This document shows, piece after piece, positions 21,328-34,200 of a stretch of DNA of 64,000 bases. Each line of letters starts with the position of its first letter. The stretch's first letter is position 1. The notes beneath the pieces are model-generated. The model ran no database searches, had not been told where the DNA came from, and saw only the letters and a list, made by a program, of their open reading frames with translations. The stretch is from Phoronis australis. Lineage: Eukaryota > Animalia > Phoronida. Location: positions 499,074 through 563,073 of the forward strand of contig NMRA01000194.1 of the NCBI GenBank assembly GCA_002633005.1. The letters run 5' to 3'. The position numbers were made by a program, and so were the translations under genes.

Positions 21328-22215
21328 GGTCAGATAAGGATATGTGCTGAAATACTGCTATTCATGACATTGCCATTGTAATGTATAGTACACTGGCATA
21401 CTTGTCACTACCCACAGAAGTTAGGAGCATAAAAATACAGTCAATGGTCCTAAACACTCAAACATTAACCAGTCTAGCAAGAGTTTTATAATGACTGACA
21501 TTGCTTTTGTCGGTGCCATTCAGCAGTGCCTCTGTCTCTGACTGCCATCCTACAGTCATACAGAGTATTCAATTATTTCGGAGGGTGTTTGTTGCTGTGA
21601 AATTAGGATTATACACACTCTTTTGTATAGTCAGCAAGATAAAACCTCACCCTTTTTTGAGTGGGAACAGTGATTAAAACTGACCCATTTTGGTGAGAGC
21701 CTCAATGGAAGAATCAACTTTTCTGATAACATAATTATGCAAAGTTATTATTTACAGGGAATTGAATTTCAGCAAAAAGCTCTCTGGGCGGTATTCTTTT
21801 TAAAACAACAAACCTCAGTTGCATATGAAACCTTCAGTGGTTTTGGTACTAAAATGGATCATTTTGTACAGTTCCAACCAAAAAATTATTTTTTTTGTGT
21901 GGAATTTATTTGGAAATTCACCCTTTCATGGTGACTTTTGCAATTCCCGAGTCACTGGTCAGAGTGTCACATTTGGTCATATGAAATCTATGCAAGTCTC
22001 CTCTCTCCTGGACCCCGACTGGTCGACTGTTTCATTTTTTCTTTCCACGTTCACATGATGTCAAGTGTTGTAGAGTTTCAACAATCATCTATTAACATCA
22101 GTCTAATTGCAAAACAAGATCTCAGAACCATTCTAAAACATTCTGAAACTACTAAGGTTCGCTGTTATCAAAGCATCCTGGAGTTAGACATTGTAAGCAA
22201 GCGAACTTTAAAAAC

Positions 22216-22372
22216 CTGCCTCCCGTTCAGTAGCGCTAGGACCTCGCTAAAAAGCAAGACTTCGCGAGATTACGTGAGATATTGCCGTGTATTTTAAATG
22301 AGAACACGTGACTTTGACTAGGTTTTAGCTAGGTCCTAGCGTAGGTCCTAGCGTCTACTGAACGCACGCCTG
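22216..22372. mobile_element. ~155-bp MITE (GTTCAGTA.CGCTAGGACCT inverted repeats)
   Basis: Inverted repeats at both ends; close second copy at 43013-43169. Confidence 0.75.
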
Positions 22373-24326
22373 GTTCATTAAAATGACTACTAGTAGGTTG
22401 CAAAAACATCTCACATTTCAAAATTGGGAGCTCAGGGTACTTCAAAGATTTTAAGCTGGGTCACTAAACCCAAATTGACAGTTTCTTGTGCGTTACTTGG
22501 GTTGGATTGTTATCCAGGCAATAGTCACTGGCAATCCAAATTTTGAGAACAAGTTTTAACGCCTGCTATTCAGTGAAAAATAGGTTCCTGTTATACAGTA
22601 GAAAACACTGTTTCTCAAAGTGGGGGTGCCCTGTATGTTACTATGACCATTATGTTTTGCTCTGAGCAACATGATAGTGTTTCATTCTTGTGGTTATGAT
22701 CTACATAATACAGCAGTGATTTTAGTCAACATTTCGGTCTTTTCGAACAGTTTTTCAAAATTACAAATTTGACTCTTACTGAGGGGGCCTCCTCGTGGCA
22801 AGAGTTGGGCAGTGTGAAATGCTTCAGAACATTCGCACTGGCAAACACCCTCACGTTGACATCATTAATGTGTTCCTAGAAATAGTATATACCCATAAGC
22901 TACAAAACACACAACATGCCAAGAAATTTACCTAACCATTGGAAACTTTATTTTGCTGATGTATTGATTAGAAATATGGTTTAGTTTAGCGATAAACTTG
23001 AGTACTAAGTCTGGGTATTAACATAGCCGTGGGCGCACAGCAGGGCTATCCCCTCGTCATTGCAAACCCTTCCCCTGATAGAAATTCATTCCAGTTTTGT
23101 TCTTGCCTAGCTTCCCTGTCCCTGTCCCCTGTTCATGCAGTGCTTCCAAGTTGCCTCACATTACAGTCATTGGTTGCCAACAATTTCAAGTTTAGCAACC
23201 TCTTGAATAATTCTGACTACACCAGTGATGCTATGGGAATAGGTTACTAAAGACACGACTGTCATTCAAGTTGCACATTCACTGCCTTGTGAAAGCATAA
23301 ACCATTATGAAATTAACACCTGGGCCCTGGGTTTGAACTTTTTACTCAGAATTATTTTTGTTATTTTCTATTCTAGTTTTGTTTGAACTTGAGATAAGTT
23401 TCTTTTATTCTATGTACTTATTGATGGCAATTAATGACCCCAGCATTAGAGCTAAGAGTTTGAGTAAGAGGTTTTGCTAGAAATCTTGAGTTTTTACTCA
23501 AATTTTAGCTCGAATCTATTGGTCATTAATGTTATGATATCGCTCCACATTTTATAGCTACTTACGGTTTACTGCCTGATCCATCTTTTGACATACCCGT
23601 TGCCGGAAGTTCAACAATATACATCGTATGCCCTTGTCAGTCAATCATTGTATTCTTATTACAACATTACATGCCATAACCGGCATGACAATTAAGTACT
23701 ATCTTGATCGCCCAAGAAAGTGGACTAGAAGTGACAAAAACAATTTCGAGTTTGATTTGGATTGAAAGTTTCACTCTAGAGGTGTATTCCCAAAACATGA
23801 TCGCATAATCCCTTTTCAGGGTTTTAAATCAATCCATACAAGACTGGGCTGGAATCTGTTTAGCCCAAAAAGCATTTAAATGCTATGTGGAGAATAATAA
23901 AACATCTGTACTAAACTGTGTTGAAAAAATGAACCCTTTTGGAGTTCCGTATCCACAAATTGTACCATTTTTCTAGCTGCTATTAACCCAACCTCTTTTT
24001 AGAATCGCCATGTAACAATATAAGAATGGTCTGGTACAAACAATGTTGGTTTTGGCCAAATTAGCAGCAAAAATCACAAGCACTCACATGAAGATTGGCA
24101 TTGGATTTGGATACTAGTGTCTGATGTCAATCTTCATTTGTGAGCTCGTGATCAGACTCTTGATCTCGTACTGTTCCTTACTGAGATTACATGTGGTATA
24201 TTGGCTTCGGTTGAACTGATAGTTTGTTATTGCTTAAGACCTGGTGCAATAACTATGGCTTTGAGCAATAACAAAGTTTGAATTCTTCCAAGTCCACTAA
24301 AGAACAAGTTGAGACAGGGATATATA

Positions 24327-24537
24327 CAGGGCTTGGAATTTTCCTTTTTCGTTTTTATTTCCTCTTATTCGATTTCCAGCTTCTTTTTCATCGTCATTTT
24401 TTTGGCTAACTTGATTCATGCAAAAACATTTATTTCAGTTTAATTTTACAACACAAAAATATTTCCATCACACAAGCCTATTTGTGAAATGATAGATCAC
24501 CTGGAAAATTTTCCTCTTATAGTCATTCCAATTCCTG
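24327..24537. mobile_element. Possible ~210-bp MITE (CAGGGCTTGGAAT...ATTCCAATTCCTG) in a TATATA target
   Basis: 11/13 TIR match; TATATA on both flanks. Confidence 0.45.
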
Positions 24538-25869
24538 TATATAGTGGTAATTTGTTCAGATCAAAATTTATTCTTTTTCACATAAAACGCATTTATAGCA
24601 ACTTTAAGGGATTTAATTCAAAGGAAATCTGGAAGCTAGAAGACACCATCTGATAAGCGCATTCTGAAGTAACAATTGTGCTTGTACTTTACAAGATGTT
24701 CAACTCACATTGTTAGGTATAGGGATAGGGTTCATTCCACCATCCTTGGGCTTTCAGAGTACCCTCCTAAAACCATTCCAAGGGGGTACTCCCACAGGTT
24801 TATACAAGATACAACACTCAATTGGGTGATTTTTCTCAAACAATTTCTTTTCAAAATGGTGCTTGAAAAAATCCCTACCAAAGCAAACTTTTTCCCATGA
24901 ATACAATGGGTTTCACTCTGGAAGTTAAACACACTGTATATGATACCTTTTTCCTACTGCAAAAGATACCTGTATTTTTAAAACCTTAGACACCAGACTC
25001 ATTTTTGACAACAGGAATCTCTGAGCCGACTTCTTCAAGCTTAATGGGTGAAAAAGACAGCTGTCCAAGAATTATTACGAAAGGATTCAGTTGTTAGCAT
25101 TAGCTCTTATAAAAAGGTTGTGCATTTGAAACATTAGGCTACAATTTTATAGAAGTCCAAACCTCGGACTACAAACATAATGTTTTTTAGCCACTGTCTA
25201 AACGGGTGGAGATTCTTCTAGTACCAGATATGCGCAAAACTAAAGGTTAGGGCCCATTTGGAACAACTCTCGGGTATTTTAGTAGCAACAAATTTACCCT
25301 CGGAACATCTGGAGCACCTCGGCTATTTTCCTATTTACATGTACAAATTTTTCTTAGAAACACTTTAGGTATTTTCGTAGCCTCAAATATCCTCTCGGAA
25401 ATGAATGTTATCCAAAATATGGCAAGTCACGTGATTTTCAATCTTGACAATAATAAGGTAACTGAAGTCCGCACACATGCAGAGAGCGTTCACCTATTAG
25501 GTGAAATTTGAGGTTACGAAAACACCCGAGGTGTTCTGGATGCCCTTGGAAGTTAATGTTTTCAGTGCATGCTCGAACTTTATGGCCAATCATTCTCCAC
25601 TAAGTTTGATAATCACGAAGGTTAAATTCACCTCCATTGAGAAGTTTGAGGTCCCGAATATACCCAAGGTGATCTGAATGGCTTAGGACCCTCACGTTGT
25701 GCGGGGTCCCACCTCAAAAAGGGAAATGGGGAAGAAAAAATTCATGTCAACGAGGTGAGAATTTTGGCTACCTGGAGGGTAGAAAATTGTGTTTTTCTAG
25801 GAGGTGAAGACTGTGTAGTCTGCGAAGTGGTGGAAATTGGGTGCCAGCAGTGTCTACTGTAACACTGTA

Positions 25870-26069
25870 CAAAGACGGATAGGGGGAAGGGGCGGGGGCG
25901 CGGAAAGAGGGCCATGGCCCTGCCTAAAATTCTCCCAGATTCCATTTGGCAGTTTGGGGGTGCAAATGTCTGACAGGCAAAATACTCTGCCCTTGCCGCT
26001 ACCCCCTAACTCAAAATCCTGGATCATCCCCTGCTGTAAGATCTTGCAGCAGGGGAGGATCCAGGATTT
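25870..26069. mobile_element. Copy of the GGCGGAT MITE family ending in a 56-bp near-perfect palindrome
   Basis: Homology to 3923-4076 and 39132-39290; arms 26014-26041 and 26042-26069 differ at 2 positions. Confidence 0.7.
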
Positions 26070-27927
26070 CGGGACGTTTTCAATTCATAAAAAGCATTCA
26101 AACAATGAAACTGAAAAAATGCCAAGTGAAAAGAGTGAAGCCATTGTTAATTCAGGTTTATTTTCCTAGTAAAGAAACGTTAATTACATGATTTTACTAC
26201 AGTTTGTTGGTAATATCACAATATATAAACAGCTACCTCACCAGAGAGTTCCCCCCGACCGCAAACTCGACCCAGTCTCAAAATAACTTTTACTCTGGCG
26301 ACACCTAGCGACCTGAGAACGTAATACCGGATGTTAGCATGCGCAGAGCAAACTTCCTGGTTAAAAATTGCCAGCTGACAGCCAATGAAAACCATCGTTC
26401 TAGTGCGCTGTACCTGGGCCTTCACAAGCAATCCGTGACGTCACTTGTGAGGCCCGGGAACCAGGTTACGGTGTGTCCAAATACCAATAAATCCGTAAGA
26501 GCGAAATAAAACATCACGTTTTTATAAGAACTCGGCGTATTCTTAAGGGTTTTACATCGAAGTTTGATGATTTATTGGTGTTAAACGATGACTTAAAGCA
26601 ATAAGCTGACACCAGTAACCCGTGTTGTGGACTGCTGAACAGACTGCGTGTGAAACCGATGACGTCATTGGATAATTTCAACACCTCCGTCTGCCGTCAG
26701 GTGTCAAGTAACGCAACCGAACGTGTCGTTATATAGTAGAACTACTCGATCTAAATTGATACAAATTAGGTTGTTTTTGGGGTGGCATGCTCCTTTAAGT
26801 GGGCGCGTAGCACGTGATCACGATTCCTGCGTCTACAGACTCAAATTCGGTGGCGCCAATTTTGATTCACGAGAGGTCACTTACGATTCACTGCGATGTC
26901 AACAGCAGGATGCTTACCTCGCTGGTTCCCTGCTTGTCCGCTAGGGGGAAGGGGGACACGCAGGGACCCAGCGAGGATGCTTACGAACCGACAACCGTCC
27001 CACAATGCATTAGAAAACGACGCCAGCGACAATAATTGTGTAATTTATGCTGTAGATCAGTGCTTCTAGATCCTGGCTGCTAATAGTGCCTGTATTAATT
27101 TGCATACGACATGGTGTCCAGGGGCAGGAATAAACTGGCATTTACAAAAAAGTATTGTTTTTAGTGGAATTTTAAATGGCGTTATTAAACTGCCAAATTT
27201 CAGGACTAAGACTGTACGTCAGGGACGGCACATGAAGAACTGGTGATGATATTTTTAAAATCCAGGGCACTGGGTCTAGTCTTTGTATTTGAGATCGGAA
27301 TTGAAAATGTTTTTGTAATTTTTGTAACCCCCTCTGTGTCGCTAGAAAACACCATTGTTGTTGTCAGCACCCACCGCTACGGGCGCCACCTGTCCCCCCG
27401 TCCCAGGTACGCCGATCACTGCCAGTTTTAGCCGTGAAGTCATCGCAAGGAAAAAATGAAGACATAAGGTTCTTTACTATATTTTTAATCTCTTTTGTTG
27501 GCCACCGCCTTGGTTCTCCTGGGTTATTTGGAAATTAATGGAATATTATTCATTTTTTCGCTCGCTTCATATCCGAACAACCAGCCACACAACAACACAA
27601 CATCATGAGATCTTGATATACGCCACAAGTGTGGAAGCGTTCCCATTACGTGAGATGACGCAATCTTAAAACGAATGGACATCAATAATGATCGATCCCA
27701 CGAAATTTATACAGAAACAACGTACTAATATGGCATGTCGTTGTTAAATATTGAGCGGAAAGTCAATTCTCCGGGTGCCACAATTAGTCTTTTTTCTCAC
27801 AACCTCTGGACAGCACTTTTCGAACTCAGTAGTGTCGTTTACATGTAAAAGTAGTAGTAGTGGAAGTAAACACGTTATTTTTTTCGCTAAAATGTATTTT
27901 GATTGGAACAAATTTTTAACCACCGGA

Positions 27928-28258
27928 ATGAGGTCTGCGACGTTTATACCAATTTGGATAGTTTTTCTGTCAACGACACAAGAAGCGTTTGCGCTTTCTT
28001 CGCTGTATCGCGTGATTACCGGCTATAAACTTACAACAAGTGATTTTATGCCCACAATTCAAAATACTAATCCTCGTACGTGCTCTCAGGCGTGTCTTTC
28101 GTCGGACGTTGCAGGGACCCCTTGCGTTTTAGCTAATTACAATGTGGATACAAACGTATGCGAACTGTATTTGGGCAACGCGTCTCCACTGCACTCGACC
28201 AATAACGCGTTCGAAGCCAATATTGCGTGGAACATTTTACATAAAGAAGGTCTCATAG
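27928..28258 (+). CDS. Copy 1 exon 1: signal peptide and PAN/Apple domain
   Basis: MRSATFIPIWIVFLSTTQEAFA...CSQACLS...CVLANYNVDTNVCELY; donor GTAAGT; conserved in the paralog. Confidence 0.9.
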
Positions 28259-31200
28259 GTAAGTAGGACAACTTCAATTAAAATCAGGACATTCGCTCAA
28301 AGCTCAAAGATGTTGTATCACGCAAAAAAAACACCTATCAGTTAGCGCTGTACGTCTTGAGAAATTCTTTTTTGTGGACAATTAAATGGTAATTAAATGT
28401 CAATGAGAATGCAATCACATATAATCCACAAAATTGGTAATTCATAACGAATTTCAAACAAATACTGGAGGTTATATTTCGTGCTTCGCATTTTCTTTAT
28501 AGTCACGGTTATATGAGTTCCAGTCGTAACCACAGAAAAAAGTGCAAAGTTGCTTTCTTTCCCGACTTTCAACATTTCAAGATGTCTCTTATTTCGCTCA
28601 TTATTCTATTAATGCGCAATGATTTCAGTCACGCTCATTCGATAAAATATTCGTCATTTTCCGCACGATGACATAATATATAATTATACAGTAATGTACA
28701 TGATAACAACACTCGAAAATGAACGAACTTCGTATCGAATGAGCATGATTTCAGTTGCGCGCTTTTCCCGGCTTTTTGCCAACCTTTATGAAATACGTAG
28801 CAATGCTGTACCAAATACAATATTCTGTCCGACTGGCACTGGGAGCAGTGGACATGGTGATCACAAACAGAGTTTATTATCTCGATTATGACTCACGAAA
28901 TCGTCCAGTTACGATGGTAAAGACATGCGTTTATGTTCAGTTGATTTAAATACGCCGGTTGACTTGATTCTTGATTGACCACTGAAGATACAAATATGAG
29001 AGTTGATCACCATACTTCTAGGCTCATAGGGACTGGATGCGAGAGAGATTTGCATTGAGCCTGCAATTTGCATGTACAGTCTCACGTTTATTGCGGCGTT
29101 TCTTCTTGTAGACAAATACTGGACAGTGAACTACAACATCGACTCACCAAGCGACGCTGTCGAAAACGAGTCGTTGAACAGTATAAAGGTAAGGTGTATT
29201 GTTTCAAACATACGTACAAAGGAGACCAGGATTTGAATTCCGTTTGACTGTTTACATGTTTTAACGTGGATAAAGCAATTTCAGATTGCTATCATTTCGG
29301 AGTCGTTCCAAACATATAAATGAGATCGTTTTTCGGACAACTCCCAATCCGTTTTTTATGCAAATCTGTGTCTTTCTTCTTTTTTGCCTTTCCGAAAAGA
29401 GAACCCCGAAATACAATTACAATATGCCCCGACCGTAAGCCAAACTCCTCCAAAAGTATTAAGAAAGTCTCACCTGTCAGATGTATTAACATCATTCATA
29501 AAGTTTCAAGTATTTACAGTGATGTAATCAGCAACTGAAACAGCAATTTTAGAAATTATTTACATGTGAAATATTTGGAGAATTATTGTAATGAACTCAT
29601 AGTCCGTTTTATAGAATAGTATGCTTTATAACAATCATTTAAGACAAATGCATCGCTCATTTTCCAAATTTCAGATCTTTTGAAACATTGCGGTGCGACT
29701 GTCTGTTACTCACTTCAGATTTGTCTAAGAACTACTGAAACGTTTTAGGGAGAAGATTTACACGAGTTAGAAATTATGCACGCTTGTCCAAGAAATTAAA
29801 AAAGTTGTTTTTTATTGCAGACAGCGGGAAACAATGTTTGTCACGGGCTCGAACCATTGTGGACACGCTGTAAAACAGGATCTACGACCTTTGACCACTC
29901 CACTCTAGTATCTGCCGGTATAACCCAAACCCTGGAGCCAGGCAAAGATTGCACACCATCTGGCGGTCTGGAGTGTCGTGGCGCAAGTCAAAACGGAGGC
30001 TCTTGCAGCGATTACACTGTGTCGTTCCAGTGTATGGGGATTAAAAGTAAGCGCTCACCGTGTCTGTATATTTAGTATACAGCTTTGCACCAAGGCTAAC
30101 CACTCACGTGTAATCGACATGATAATACCCGCAAATCAAGCTACAAGAAAGCAAGCTTCCCCAGGGTAAGAAAACTGAGCTGCCTCCTGACCTGCAGTGG
30201 GACGTTTACAGGGCAAATAAGACGCCTGACGAGCATTCACATCTGCCGAACTGCCTTCTCATATGACGGCACGCGAACGCAGTAATAATGATCTCCTTTT
30301 GATTCGATGTCATATGACAATTTGTAAATATTTTAAGGTGCTTTCCCATTAGGGAAACTTTGTTTCACCGAAGCTTCGCCAAAACTGCGCTTACTTTTCC
30401 GACTAGCCAGCCAGCTGGAAGAATATCGTTAAAATGCTTCCAAGTTTGTTGGTATTATAATACTAGAAACTAGTAAAGGAATGAAACCAATTCCGAATTA
30501 GTTGTAACATGTACGCAACCTCGCGGAAGAAGAACAGTTGAAAGGAGAATCGGCGTTAAAAGAAACTGGCCAATACATGTAGGTGACACTCCACAACTTT
30601 ATCAGCAGAATAACGGTAGAACGCCAACTTTTCCGACACCGGTAAAAACTTAATTTAATCAAGGAAGAGTGTAGCTTTCCAATGACACTATTTTTGTCAG
30701 ACATTATTTGGCTAGTTTTTTACCCACATCGGCGCAAAGCTGTATATTTAGAATACAGCTTTGCACCAAGGCTACTTTTCGACTAGACAGCGATATCGAA
30801 GTTATCGATATGGCAATTCAGTCATCGAAGACGGTGCAGGTCATTCTTACTCTCGAATATTGAGTAGTGGGTTTGAGGCAAACTGAAAAGTTTTCCTGCC
30901 ACTTACGAGTGTCTATGAAAATGACCAGTGCCATTCTTCATCTTATATGCCATCTTTTATTTATTTACGTGCGGCTATCGAGAGCGCGTCGGCTACTATA
31001 CAATAATAAAGAACACGTTTTGCAAATCTCGCGTTATCTTACATTTGTATATCGTTACCGAGACCTCTACCAATAACTTCGACGAAGCTTCGCTCTGATT
31101 TTTCCCACTACACCGAAGTTTCGGTGACTACCGAAGCTTCTCTTTTAATCCTACCATTTTCAGCGAAGTTTCGCTTGCAGATTAACTACCGGAGTTAATC

Positions 31201-34200
31201 TTTCCCACTTCGGTAAAAGCGAAGTCTCGCCTTCAATGGGAAAGCACCGTTAGTTTATAGTCAGGTTATTTTGTATTTTTCTCAGAATGATAGACTTGAG
31301 AGTGTTGGGGGTACAATACTAGTTAATGCATTGTGGCACGGAATCTAAATAGGACAGCTCACCATCAAACCCATTCGTGTTACCTGTTTTCATCCGAAGA
31401 TTATGGAATGATATATAAATTGTTCTGGAAATCAAATGGAAATCATTAATCCTAGATTACTAATTGCACTTTCAAACCTGTCGTTATTTAATTAGTGGCA
31501 AATAATGTCAAGAATATATTGATAACTTGTGATCTGGGTGGTATTGCGTCATAGGACTGATTATCGATTAACACTATAAGTTTTGGAGAACTTGGAGAGC
31601 ATTTGTTAATTATATAATATCGACTTCATTTTCATTACCTAAATATATTGCGAGGGAATGACCATTGTGTTTTTAGATTGAAACAAATATAGCATATTGT
31701 ACAACGGCTACTATGAACTGAGCTGCGGTCAGAAAAATGAAAATGATTCTAAAACAGCCCCAGCGCGGATTTGAACTAACCTGGCATCTTGGCATGGCTG
31801 CCGCAGTCAAACTAAACGCTCTCCTGACGGCTTAAACTGCAGTCGATGAACAGGTATTTTAAGCGCATTTACCTGGTAAAGACCACGGCCTTGATTTCTG
31901 CTAATGTCTGGCAGACATTGGCGAGACTTTGCGATGCATAATAAAATCATAAAAACACATTACGGATTTAATCGTTTTACAGCTCTGGTCAAAGCCAGTA
32001 ACTTCAAAAAGTCATTCAACAATAATACCAGCTCAGCCACAAAATGATAATGCTTCTTCACCTTGCTCGATAATGACATTACGCGTGATTTTTGGTAGTA
32101 CTCGAGAGGAGCGCATAAAATGACCCGCCGTGTCAACTCACACCGTTGAGCAAGCATGGTATCGAGCAACGACGAACAATTGCTTCTTCCCATCCCCAAA
32201 TCACGTCTAATCTGTGCAAGGAACTAGCCGAGTCCTCTTTTACAGCGGTGTGGTGTCTACATCAAAAATTATTTTTTACATTAGGCGGGTATATGAGCAA
32301 TTGTCACTGACTTTTGAGGCGTCGAAGTTAATACTTTTACACACGCAACATATGCTGTGGCAAAAAGTAGAAAATGACGGAACCCCGAATAGGTTCTGAA
32401 TCACAGTTTTCAGGCGAACTGTTTGAAAAACAATGTGTACTTTTCAAAACTTTCGAATTCACTACTTTATACTTCATTTCCATGTATCTTTAAACTACGC
32501 TTTTTAATTGTTTTCATTGACACTATATTGGCTCTTATCTTTATGCTTGTAGATTATTTGGATTCCATGTTAGCGTATTGGTCCTTCGACGCAAACTACG
32601 AAGATCAGTCTGGCAACGGGTACAACGGCGCAGGTGTTGGTAACGCACCCTCCATCTCTAATTCTATTTATGCCAAGGTACATGTACCGTCGTTTGCGTG
32701 GTCTTACGTGGTCATGCTTGTTTGCATGACACTAGTGCAGTAGTAGAGTGTCCTCCTGGCTCAGTGCTTCAAGTGCATTATGCTACCACAAGGGTTCGTT
32801 CCTCCATGAATGCCCGGATACATACAAGCCGGACACTGAGCCCAGCGGGACAATGATTCATTTAAAGTTAAGTAGGACCATTGAAAATGATCAAATTTGG
32901 TTAACTTCTCAGGATCATATCTCAGAAATGGCATATTTTATTCATAAGAATTTTTCAGAATTTTTTTTGTGCCCTGTTCTAGGTTGCACGAGGGGCTGTC
33001 AAAATAGGACGTCTATGACTTTTATGAAAAAGCTCAAAATTTGCATAGTAAACTCCAACAGTATTTCTGAGATTTTATCTTGGACATTTGTATCAAACGA
33101 AATTGGCACATGTTCTTGAGTCCGCTGTTTAGTTTGAATGTATCCACCCTTCTCGTTAAATTGTAAAACACCTGATCACCTGATCCAATTAATGAGAGGT
33201 TTGTAGCAAGTCAAAATCTAATTTTACAGGCTTTATGAATATGTAAACCTAGTCAAAATTTTTGGCTTTAGATATATTTAGCTAAAAGTTCATACTTGTC
33301 GATAAGGTCCTACATCGGGTGCTAATTGTTTAAAAACGAAAACACAAAAGCTACCTTGGTTTCGATTGAGTTTGCGGTACGCTTTTAAATATGCGCCTGA
33401 AAATATGAAATGCCTTCAGGTAGGTTACCTGTCCAGGTGGAAGCCGACTGTTTTTACACCGGCAGGTGCATCGTCTGCTGCAAGACTGTGGGAGACAACG
33501 GTCGCACGTGACGATGTCTTGAGAAGTACAAAAATGCAAATAACACTGATTAAGACTAAAGTAAAAATGAAAATTTACTACAAAAATGACCACGGGCATG
33601 ATACAAACTGATGAAATGCTGAAAATTTTCTTTTCAGGGTGGGGGCAGTCTATTTTTGAATCCAGACGGTGTTTATGTGAAAGTAAGCAGTCTTGCTAAT
33701 CACAACTGGGGAGACAAAATGAGCGTAAGCGTGTGGTTCAGACGTACAGGTACAGATAACCACTACTCCACGGTGGTTGGTAATGGATGGTGGACACGTG
33801 GCAGTTTTGATATAAGGTACCGAGCCATGTCCGGAACACCTCCGGTATTTTTTATATCTTCAGATTTCCCCTCTGGGATATTTCAACATCTGCACATGTG
33901 CGAAATTCAGTGATACATTTTGAAATGAAGAATGACTGTATATATGGCTGAAGTTCGCACATACGCAGATATGAAACACGTCTGAAGGGAAATTTGAGAC
34001 TATCAAGGTATCCGAGGAGTTCTAGATGGTACTGAGCGTTTGCAGACACAAAACCAGACACAAATAATTCAGTGATACAGATCCCTCTTGCTCGTCCATA
34101 TTTCTGTAGTTGAGGAATTAAAAAGTGTGATAGGCCTATTCGTAGTCAGATCCCTTCTGGACTTGGGCTGCTGCATTCCGTAGACACAAGACTCGCGAGT

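Larger units (their letters stand above)
20762..26468. mobile_element. Academ/AcademH-like non-autonomous element (TAG...TTA ends, 10-bp TSD CGGTGTGTCC)
   Basis: CGGTGTGTCC at 20752-20761 and 26469-26478, single in uninterrupted copy A; imperfect TIR TAGTCTCCTACACAGACC vs revcomp TAACCTGGTTCCCGGGCC; superfamily inferred from ends and TSD only. Confidence 0.6.
19415..26794. mobile_element. Kolobok-like copy B (inverted relative to A), split by a 5.7-kb nested insertion
   Basis: TTAA-AGGAGAACGCCACCC ... GGGTGGCATGCTCCT-TTAA; 19415-20761 and 26469-26794 are reverse-complement homologues of copy A; THAP relic from ATG 19580. Confidence 0.85.

Noticed and set aside
27751-27927. N-terminal extension of ORF 27751..28266
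   Set aside because: It begins at a TTG and is not kept open in the paralog; the signal peptide starts at ATG 27928.
32735-32805. tRNA-like A/B boxes (TGGCTCAGTG...GGTTCGTTCC); similar reversed B box near 31767
   Set aside because: No cloverleaf can be folded; at most decayed SINE heads.
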